A stretch of DNA of 64,000 nucleotides, taken from assembly GCF_009914755.1 (NCBI RefSeq), contig NC_060937.1; one strand, written 5' to 3'. Below, piece by piece: positions 34,568-64,000 of this stretch; the first letter of the stretch is position 1; each line of letters opens with the position of its first letter. The position numbers and the translations under genes were made by a program. The stretch is from the human T2T-CHM13v2.0 reference genome, Homo sapiens. Below the pieces are notes generated by a model. It ran no database searches. It was not told where the DNA came from and worked only from the letters and a program-made list of their open reading frames with translations.

Positions 34568-35760
34568 CTGGTCACCTTTTCACCATATACAAAAATTAAC
34601 TCAGGTTGGATTAAAGATTTAAATTTAAGACCTCAAACTAAAATAAACCTGGAAGAAAAACTTCAAAAGTACCATTCTGGATATGGGCTATGGGAAATAA
34701 TTCATGACTAAGACTTCAAAAGAAATTGCAACAAAAGCAAAAGTTGACAAATGGGACCTAATTAAACTAAAGAGCTGCCACACAGCAAAGGAAACCATCA
34801 GCAGAGTAAACAACCTACAGAATGGGGGAAATTATTCACAAACTATGCATCCAACAAAGGTCTAATATTTAGAATCTATAAGGAACATAATTCAACAAGC
34901 AAAACACAACCCCATTTAAAAAGGGGCAAAAGACATAGACACTTCTCAGAAGGAGACATACATGCAGCCAACAACCATGAAAAAAATGCTCATCATCACT
35001 AATCACGAGGGAAATGCAAATCAAAACCACAATGAGATATTATCTCACACCAGTCAGAATGGCTATTTTTAAAAAGTAAAAAAAAAAAAATAGCAGATAC
35101 TGGCGAGGATAAGGAGAAAAGGGAATGCTTATACACCTTTGGTGGGAATGTAATTTAGTTCAGCCACTGTGGAAAGCAATTTGGAGATTTCTCAAAGAAC
35201 ATAAAACCGAACTAACATTCAACCCAGCAGTCTCATTACCGAATATGTATCCAAAAGAAAACAAATCATTCCACCAAAAAGACATATGCACTTGTATGTT
35301 TATTGCAACACTATTCACATTAGCAAAGACATGGGATCAACCTAGGTGCCCATCAACAGTGGACTATCAACAGTGGACTGGATAAAAATGTGGTACATAT
35401 AGACCATGGAATACTATGCAGCCACAAAAAAGAATGAAATTATGTTCTTTGAGGGAAAATGGCTACAGCTGGAATCCAGGAAGTGAACTAATGTGGTAAC
35501 AGAAAACAAACGCCTCATGTTCCTATAAGTAGGAGCTAAATTCTGAGTACCCATGGATATGAAGATGGTGAAAATAGACACTAGGGACTGCTAGGAGGGG
35601 GAGGGAGGAAGGAAAAGGTTGAAAAACTGCTGAATACCATGTTCAGTACCTGGGTGTTGGGATCATTCACACCCCAAACCTCAGCACCACACAATACACC
35701 CAGGTAATAAACCTGCACATGTAGACCCTGAATCTAACATAAAAGTTGAAAAAGAAAAAA
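34568..35760 (+). mobile_element. LINE-1 3' end (L1PA13-16/L1PB-like)
   Basis: ORF2 C-terminus (HLWWECNLVQPLWK) and terminus 'ccccaaacctcagca...aaacctgcacatgt...tgaatctaacataaaagttgaaaaag'. Confidence 0.88.
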
Positions 35761-35835
35761 CAGAATGGAATCTCTGTTTATTCTCAACATATCAGTTGTG
35801 CCTTTCCTCAATTTGAAACTCTCACTATTGGCTAT

Positions 35836-52920
<17,085 letters not shown>

Positions 52921-55900
52921 ATGCTCCCAAACTATATAACGTATACTGTACATAAAATATCAAAGTATGCAAACTATTCCATACTGTACATAAAATATCA
53001 AAGTACCGAATCTATATATTATATACTGTACATAAAATATCAAAGTACCCCAAATATATATTCTATATTGTAAATAAAATATCAAAGTACACAAACATGT
53101 ATTATCTACTGTACATAACATATCAAAGTACCCAAACTATATATTATATACTGTACACAAAATATCAAATTACACCAAATATATATTCTATACTGTACAA
53201 AAAATATCAAAGTACACCAAATATATATTCTGTACTGTACATAAAATATCAGACTACCCAAACATATATACTGTACATAATATATCAAAGTACCCAAACT
53301 GTATATTTCATACTGTACATAAAATATCAAGGTACCCAAAGTATATATTATATACTGTTCATAAAATATCAAAGTACCCATAGTATATATTATAAACTGT
53401 ACATAAATATCAAAGTACCTAAGTTATATATTATATAGTGTAAAAAAAATTCAAAGTACCCAAACTATATATTATGTACTGTACATAATATATCAAAGTA
53501 ACCAAACTATATATTATATACTATACATAAAATATCAAAGTACCCAAACTATATTATATGCTGCACATAAAATATCAAAGTACGCAAAGTATATATTATA
53601 TACTGTACATAAAATATCAAAGTACCCAAACATTCATTATAAACTCTACATGAAATATCAGGGTAAGCAAACTATATATTATATACTGTATGTAAAATAT
53701 CAAATTACCCAATGTATATATTATATACTGTATATAAAATATCAAAGTACCCAAAGTATGTGTTATACACTGTACATAAAATATCAAAGTACCCAAACAT
53801 ATATACTGTAGATAAAATATCAAAGTACTCGTAGAATATATTATAAACTGTATATAAAATATCAAAGTACCCAAACTATAAGTTATATAATGTACATAAA
53901 ATATCAAAGTACATCAAATATAGATTATATACTGTACATAAGATATCAAAGTGCCGAAGGTATATATTATGTACTGTACATAAAATATCAAAGTACACAA
54001 ATATATACTGTACATAAAATATGAAAGTAACCAAACATTTATAATAAACTGTACATAAAATATCAAAGTACTCAAACTACGTATTATATACAGTACATAA
54101 AATATCAAAGTACCCAAACTGTATATTATATACTGTACATAAAACATCAAAGTACCCAAACTATATATTATATATTGTACATAAAATATCAAAGAACCCT
54201 AACTATATATTATATACTGTACATAAAATAAGAAAGTGCATCAAATATATATTATATTCTGTACATAAAATATCAAAGTACACCAAATATATATTCTATA
54301 CTGTAAATAAAATATCAAAGTACCCCAAAAATTTATTATATACTCTACATAAATTATCAAAGTTTGCAAACTATATATTATATACTGTACATAAAATATC
54401 AAAGTACCCAAAGTATATATTGTATAGTGTACATCAAATATGAAAGTTCATCAAATACATATTTTATTCTGTACTTAAAATATCAAAGTACACCAAATAT
54501 ATATTATATACTGTACATAAAATATCAAAATACCCAAAGTATGTATTATATACTGTACATAAAATATCAAACTAAGCCAAATATATATTATATACTGTAC
54601 ATAAAATATCAAATTACCCAAAGTATGTATTTTATACTGTACATAAAATATCAAAATACCCAAAGTATGTATTGTATACTGTACCTAAAATATGAAATTA
54701 CACCAAATATATATTATATACTGTACATAAAATATCAAAGTACGCAAAATATGTATAATAAACTGTACATAAATTATGAAAGTACCCAAACATTTATAAT
54801 AAACTTTAAATAAAATAACAAAGTACCCAAACTATATATTATATACTGTACATAAAATATCAAAGTACCCAAACTGTATATTATATACTGTACATAAACT
54901 ATCCAAGTACCGAAAATATATATTATGTACTGTACGTAAAATATGAAGGTACATCAAATATATATTATATTCTTTACATAAAATATCAAAGTACACCAAA
55001 ATATATACTGTACATAATATATTAAAGTCGCCCAAATATATATTATATACTGTACATAATATATTAAGGTCTCCCCAATATATATTATATACTGTACATA
55101 AAATGTGAAGGTACATAAAATATATATTATATTCTGTACATAAAATCTGAAAGTACACCAAATATATGTTATATGCTGCACATAAAATATCAAAGTACCC
55201 AAAGTATGTATTATATAGGGTACATAAAATATCAAAGTACCCAATATATGTATAATATACTGTACATAAATTATGAAAGTACCGAAGCATTTATAATAAA
55301 CTGTACATAAAATAACAAACTACCTAAATTGTATATTATATACTGTACATAAAATACCAAAGTACCAAAACTGTATATTATATGCTGCACATAAAATATC
55401 AAAGTACCCAAAGTGTATATTATATACCGTACATAAAATATCAAAGTACCCAAAATATGTATAATGTACTGTACATAAAATATCAAATTACCCAAGGTAG
55501 GTATTTTATACTGTACATAAAATATCAAAGTACCCAAAGTATGTATTATATACTGTACATAAAATATCAAATTACACCAAATATGTATTATATACTGTAC
55601 ATAATATATCAAAGTACCCAAAATATGTATAATATACTGTACATAAATTATGAAAGTACACAAACAGAATAAACTGTACATAAAATAACAAAGTACCCAA
55701 ACTATATATTATATACTGTACATAAAATATCAAAGTATACCAAAATATATTATATACTGTACATAATATATTAAAGTTGCCCAAGTATATATTATGTACT
55801 GTACATAATATATTAAGGTCTCCCAAATATATATTGTATACTGTACATAAAATATGAAGGTACATAAAATATATATTATATTCTGTACATAAAATCCGAA

Positions 55901-58900
55901 AGTATACCAAATATATGTTATATGCTGCACATAAAATATCAAAGTACCCAAAGTATGTATTATATACTGTACATAAAATATCAAAAAGTACCCAAAATAT
56001 GTATAATATACTGTACATAAATTATGAAAGTACCCAAGCATTTATAATAAACTGTACATAAAATAACAAACTACCTAAACTGTATATTATATACTGTACA
56101 TAAAATATCAAAGTACCCAAACTGTATATTATATGCTGCACATAAAATATCAAAGTACCCAAAGTATATATTATATACTGTACATAAAATATCAAAGTAC
56201 CCAAAATATGTATAATGTACTGTACATAAAATATCAAATTACCCAAGGTAGGTATTTTATACTGTACATAAAATATCAAAGTACCCAAAGTATGCATTAT
56301 ATACTGTACATAAAATATCAAATTACACCAAATATATATTATATACTGTACATTAAATATCAAAGTACCCAAAATATGTATATATACTGTACATAAATTA
56401 TGAAAGTACACAAACATTTATAATAAACTGTACATAAAATAACAAAGTACCCAAACTATATATTATATACTGTACATAAAATATCAAAGTATACCAAAAT
56501 ATATACTGTACATAATATATTAAAGTCGCCCAAGTATATATTATATACTGTACATAATATATTAAGGTCTCCCAAATATATATTGTATACTGTACATAAA
56601 ATATGAAGGTACATAAAATATATATTATATTCTGTACATAAAATCCGAAAGTATACCAAATATATGTTATATGCTGCACATAAAATATCAAAGTACCCAA
56701 AGTATGTATTATATACTGTACATAAAATATCAAAGTACCCAAAATATGTATAATATACTGTACATAAATTATGAAAGTACCCAAGCATTTATAATAAACT
56801 GTACATAAAATAAACTACCTAAACTGTATATTATATACTGTACATAAAATATCAAAGTACCCAAACTGTATATTATATGCTGCACATAAAATATCAAAGT
56901 ACCCAAAGTATATATTATATACTGTACATAAAATATCAAAGTACCCAAAATATGTATAATGTACTGTACATAAAATATCAAATTACCCAAGGTAGGTATT
57001 TTATACTGTACATAAAATATCAAAGTACCCAAAGTATGCATTATATACTGTACATAAAATATCAAATTACACCAAATATAATATACTGTACATTAAATAT
57101 CAAAGTACCCAAAATATGTATAATATACTGTACATAAATTATGAAAGTACACAAACATTTATAATAAACTGTACATAAAATAACAAAGTACCCAAACTAT
57201 ATATTATATATTGTACATAAAATATCAAAGTACCCAAACTGCATATTATATACTGTACATAAAATATGAAAGTACCCAAAATATATATTATGTACTGTAC
57301 ATAAAATATGAAGGTACATCAAATATATATTATATTCTGTACATAAAATATCAAAGTACACCAAAATATACTATATACTGTGCATAATATATTAAAGTCG
57401 CCCAGATATATATTATATACTGTGCATAATATATTAAAGTCGCCCAAATATATATTATAACCTGTACATAAAATATGAAGGTACATCAAATATATATTAT
57501 ATTCTGTACATAAAATCTGAATGTACACCAAATATATGTTATATGCTGCACATAAAATATCAATATACCCAAAGTATGTATTATATACTGTATATAAAAT
57601 ATCAAAGTACCCAAAATATGTATAATATACTGTACATAAATTATGACAGTACCCAAACATTTATATTAAACTGTACATAAAATAACAAACCACCCAAACT
57701 GTATATTATATACTGTACATAAAATATCAAAGTACCCAAACTGTATAATATACGCTGCACATCAAATATCAAAGTACCCAAAGTATATATTATATACTGT
57801 ACATAAAATATCAAAGTACCCAAAGTATATATTATATACGGTACATAAAATATGAAGCTACATCAAATATATATATTATTCTGTACATAAAATATCACAT
57901 TACACCAAATATATATTATATACTGTACATAAAATATCAAAGTACCCAAAATATATATTATGTACTGTACATAAAATATGAAGGTACATCAAATATATAT
58001 TATATTCCGTAAATGAATTATCAAAGTACACCAAAATATATACTATACATAAAATATTAAAGTCACCCAAATATATATTATATACTGTACATAATATATT
58101 AAGTTCGCCCAAATATATATTATATACTGTACATAAAATATGAAGGTACATCAAATATATATTATATTCTGTACATAAAATCTGAAAGTACACCAAATAT
58201 ATGTTATATGCTGCACATAAAATATCAAAATACCCAAAGTATGTATTATGTACTGTACATAAAATATCAAAGTACCCAAAATATGTATAATATACTGTAC
58301 ATTAATTATGAAAGTACCCAAACATTTATATTAAACTGTACATAAAATAACAAACTACCCAAACTGTGTATTATATACTGTACATAAAATATCAAAGTAC
58401 CCAAACTGTATATTATAAGCTGCACATAAAATATCAAAGTACCCAAAGTATATATTATATACTGTACATAAAATGTCAAAGTAGCCAAAGTATATATTAT
58501 ATATGGTACATAAAATATGAAGGTACATCAAATATATATATTATTCTGTACATAAAATATGACATTACACCAAATATATATTATATACTGTACATAAAAT
58601 ATCAAAGTACCCAAAATATGTGTACTATACTATACATAAATTCTGAAAGTACCCAAACATTTATAATAAACTGTACATAAAATAACAAAGTACTCAAACT
58701 ATATATTATATACTGTACATAAAATATCAAAGTACACAAACTATATTATATACTGTACATAAAATATCAAAATACCCAAAATATATCTTATATACTGTAC
58801 ATAAAATATCAAAGTACCCAAAGTATGTATTATATCCTGTACATAAAATATCAAAGTACACCAAATATATATTATATACTGTACATAAAATATCAAATTA

Positions 58901-61900
58901 CCCAAAGTATGTATTATATACTGTACATAAAATATCAAAGTACCCAAAATATGTATAATATACTGTACATAAATTATGATAGCACCCAAACATTTATAAT
59001 AAACTGTACATAAAATAACAAAGTACTCAAACTATATATTCTATACAGTACATAAAATATCAAAGTACCCAAACTGTATATTATATACTGTACATAAAAT
59101 ATCAAATTACCCAAAAAAAATATTATGTACTGTACATAAAATCTGAAGCTACATCAAATATATATTATATTCTGTACATAAAATTTCAAAGTACACCAAA
59201 ATATATTATATAGTATACATAATATATTAAAGTCGCCCAAATATATATTATATACTGTACATAATATATTAAGGTCGCCCAAATATATATTATAACCTGT
59301 ACATAAAATATGAAGGTACATCAAATATATATTATATGCTGCACATAAAATATCAAAGTACCCAAAGTATGTATTATATACTGTACATAAAATATCAAAG
59401 TACCCAAAGTATATATTATATACTGTACATAAAATATAAAATGCCCCAAATATATATTATATGCTGTACATAAAATATCAAAGTACACAAAATATGTATT
59501 ATATACTGTACATAAAATACGAAAGGACCCAAAATATATATTATATACTGTACATAAAATATCAAAATACCCAAAATATATATTATATACTGTACATAAA
59601 ATACCAAAGTACCCAAAGTATATATTATATACCGTACAAAAAATATCAAAGTAGCCAAAATATGTATTATACACTGTACATAATATATGAAAGTACCCAA
59701 ACATTTATAATAAACTGTACATAAAATATCAATGTACTCAAACTATATATTATGTGCGGTACATAAGATATCAAAGTACCCATACTATGTAGTATGTACT
59801 GTACTTAAAATATCAAAATACCCAAAATATATATTATATACGTTACATAAACTATCAAATACACAAAGTATGTATTATATACTGTACATAAAATAGCAAA
59901 GTTCCCAAAATATGTATTATATACTGTACATAAAATATGAAAGTACCCAACCATTTATAATAAACTCTACATAAAATACCAAAGTACCCAAACTGTGTAT
60001 TATATACTGTCCATAAAATATCAAAGGACCCAAAATATATATTGTAAACACTACATAAAATATCAAAGTAGCCAAAATACATATTGTATACTGTACATAA
60101 AATATAAAAGTACCCCAAATATATATTATATACTGTACATAAAATATCAAAGTACCCATAATACATATTATATACTGTACATAAAATATCACAGGACCCA
60201 AAATAAACATTATATACTGTACATAAAATATCCAAATACTCAAAATGTATATTACATACTGTACATAAAATATCAAAGTACCCAAATTATGTATTATATA
60301 CTGTACATAAAATATCAGAGTACCCAAAATATGCATTATATACTGTACATAAAATATGAAAGTAACAAAACATTTATAATAAACTGTACATAAAATATCA
60401 AAGTACTCAAACTATATATCATATACTGTACATAAAATATCAAAGTATCCAAACTGTGTATTATTATATACTGTATATAAAATATCAAAGTACCTGAAAT
60501 ATATACTGTATACTGTACATAAAATATCAAAGTACCCAAAATATATACTATATACTGTACATAAAATATGAAGGTACATCAAATATATATTATATCCTGT
60601 ACATAAAATATCAAAGTACACCTATTATATATTGTGTACTGTACATAATATATTAAACCGCCCAAATATATATTGTATACTGTATATAAAATATGAAGGT
60701 ACTTCAAATATATATTATATGCTGCACATAAAATATCAAAGTACCCAAAGTATGCATTACATACTGTACATAAAATATGAAAGTACACAAATTATATATT
60801 ATATACTGTACATAAAATATGTAGGTTCATCAAATATATTTTATATTCTGTACATAATATATCAAAGTACATCAAATATATATTATATACGGTACATAAA
60901 ATATCAAAGTACCCAAAATATGTATTATATACTGTACATAAAACATGAAAGTAACCAAACATTTATAATAAACTGTACATAAAATATCAAAGTACTCAAT
61001 CTACATATTATATACAGTATATAAAATATCAAAGTACACAAACTGTATATTATATACTATACATAATATATCAAAGTACCCAGAATATATAGCATACTGT
61101 ACATAAAATATCAAAGTACCCAAAATATATATTGTATACTGTACATAAAATATGAAGGTACATCAAAGATATATTATATTCTGTACATAAAATATCAAAG
61201 TACACCAAATATATATTGTATGCTGTACATAATATATTAAAGTTGCCCATATATACATTATATACTGTACATAAAATATGAACGTACATCAAATATATAG
61301 TATATGCTGCACATAAAATATCAAAGTACCCAAAGTATGTATTATACACTGTACATACAATATCAAAGTACCAAAAGTATATATTACATACTGTAAATAA
61401 AATATGAAGGTACCTCAAATATATATTATATTCTGTACATAAAATATCAAAGTACACCAAGTATATACTATATACTCTGCATAAAATATTAAATTACCCA
61501 AAATATGTATTGTATTGTGTACATAAAATATGAAAGTAACAAAACATTTATAATAAACTGTACATAAAATATCAAAGTACTCAAACTGTATATTATATAC
61601 TGTACATAAAGTATCAAAGTACCCAAACTGTGTAGTATATAATGTACATAAAATATCAAGGTACCCAAAATATATATTGTAAACTGTAGATAAAAAATCA
61701 AAATACCCAAAATATATATTATATACTGTACATAAAATATGAAGGCACATCCAATATATATTATATTCTGTACATAAAATATCAAAGTACACCAAATGTA
61801 TATTATATACTGTACATAAAATATCAAAGTACCCAAAGTGTACATTATATACTGTACATAAAATATGAAGGTTCATCAAATATATTTTATATTCTGCACA

Positions 61901-64000
61901 TAATATATCAAAGTACAGCAAATATATATTATATACTGTACATAAAATATCAAAGTACCCAAAATATGTATTATATACTGTACATAAAATATGAAAGTAA
62001 GCAAACATTTATAGTAAACTGTACATAAAGTATCAAAGTACTCAAACTACATATTATATACAGTATATAAAATATCAAAGTACCCAAACTGTATATTATA
62101 TACTGTACATAATATAGCAAAGTACCCGAATATATAGCATACTCTACATAAAATATCAAAGTACCCAAAATATATATTGTATACTGTACATAAAATATGA
62201 AGGTACATGAAAGATATATTATATTCTGTACATAAAATATCAAAGTACACCAAATATATATTATATGATGTACAGAATATATTAAAGTCGACCAAATATA
62301 TATTATATACTGTACATAAAATATGAAGGTACATCAAATATATATTATATGCTGCACGTAAAATATCAAAGTACCCAAAGTATGTATTATATACTGTACA
62401 TAAAATATCAAAGTACCCAAAGTATATATTATATACTGTACATAAAATATAAAATACCCCAAATATATATTATATGCTGTACATAAAATATCAAAGTACA
62501 CAAAATATGTATTATGTACTGTACATAAAATATCAAAGGACCCAAAATATATATTATATAGTGTACATAAAATATCAAAATACCCAAAATATATATTATA
62601 TACTGTACATAAAATACCAAAGTACCCAAAGTATATATTATATACCGTACAAAAGATATCAAAGTAGCCAAAATATGTATTATACACTGTACATAATATA
62701 TGAAAGTACCCAAACATTTATAATAAACTTTACATAACATATCAATGTACTCAAACTATATATTATGTGCGGTACATAAGATATCAAAGTACCCATACTA
62801 TATAGTATGTACTGTACTTAAAATATCAAAATACCCAAAATATATATTATATACGTTACATAAACTATCAAATACACAAAGTATGTATTATATACTGTAC
62901 ATAAAATAGCAAAGTTCCCAAAATATGTATTATATACTGTACATAAAATATGAAAGTACCCAACCATTTATAATAAACTCTACATAAAATACCAAAGTAC
63001 GCAATCTGTGTATTATATACTGTCCATAAAATATCAAAGTATCCAAAATATATATTGTAAACTGTACATAACATAGCAAATTACCCAAACTGTGTATTAT
63101 ATACTGTCCATAAAATATCAAAGTACCCAAAATATATATTGCAATCTGTACATAAAATATCAAAGTAGCCAAAATATATATTGTATACTGTACATAAAAT
63201 ATAAAAGTACCCCAAATCTCTATTATATACTGTACATAAAATATCAAAGTACCGATAATACATATTATATACTGTATATAAAATATCAAAGGACCCAAAA
63301 TAAACATTATATACTGTACATAAAATATCCAAATACTCAAAATATATATTATGTACTGTACATAAAATATCAAAGTACCCAAATTATGTATTATATACTG
63401 TACATAAAATATCAGAGTACCCAAAATATGCATTATATACTGTACATAAAATATGAAAGTAGCAAAACATTTATAATAAACTGTACATAAAATATCAAAG
63501 TACTCAAACTATATATCATATACTGTACATAAAATATCAAAGTACCCAAACTGTGTATTATTATATACTGTATATAAAATATCAAAGTACCTGAAATATA
63601 TATTGTATACTGTACATAAAATATCAAAGTACCCAAAATATATACTATATACTGTACATAAAATATGAAGGTACATCAAATATATATTATATCCTGTACA
63701 TAAAATATCAAAGTACACCTATTATATATTGTGTACTGTACATAATATATTAAATCGCCCAAATATATATTGTATACTGTATATAAAATATGAAGGTACT
63801 TCAAATATATATTATATGCTGCACATAAAATATCAAAGTACCCAAAGTATGCATTACATACTGTACATAAAATATCAAAGTACACATATTATCTATTATA
63901 TAATGTACATAAAATATGAAGGTTCAACAAATATATATTATATTCTGTACATAATATATCAAAGTACATCAAATATATATTATATACTGTACATAAAATA
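52921..64000. repeat. HSat1A (classical satellite I / SAR) 42-bp tandem array, running off the window end
   Basis: Monomer ACATAAAATATCAAAGT + ACCCAAACTATATATTATATACTGT (17+25 bp, two GTAC sites) repeated continuously for 11 kb in one orientation. Confidence 0.96.

Noticed and set aside
53097-63885. Dozens of Y/I/K-rich ORFs
   Set aside because: A 42-bp monomer is a multiple of three, so stop-free frames arise automatically. They have no coding features.
52921-64000. CRISPR-like appearance (constant 'tactgtacataaaatatcaaagtac' with variable intervening bases)
   Set aside because: The intervening parts are homologous variants of one 42-bp monomer, not unique spacers. The context is primate and there are no cas genes.

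Overview
Human or great-ape genomic DNA with no intact protein-coding gene, most consistent with an acrocentric short arm or pericentromere. The combination of a VN1R pseudogene, an EIF3F retrocopy and HSat1B/HSat1A satellites matches my recollection of 21p and paralogous arms, but the chromosome cannot be fixed from the sequence alone. Positions 1-35.8 kb are transposon-dense. They contain a nearly intact V1R vomeronasal receptor pseudogene split by an AluY, a full-length but dead L1PA, an orphan CpG island, a head-to-tail repeat of an old truncated L1, a nested ERVL/Tigger/MER1B/Alu cluster and a 5'-truncated EIF3F processed pseudogene. Positions 35.8-52.9 kb are eight HSat1B (DYZ2-like) composite units, each made of an HSATI block, a partial Alu and an AT-rich block. 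From 52.9 kb to the end is the 42-bp HSat1A satellite with higher-order structure. I see no convincing new biological system. The most interesting signals concern satellite origin (array edge, subfamily polarity, a nascent 37-bp repeat, the HSat1B/HSat1A junction) and templated-insertion scars. Repeat subfamily names come from recalled consensus motifs and old-element boundaries are approximate.
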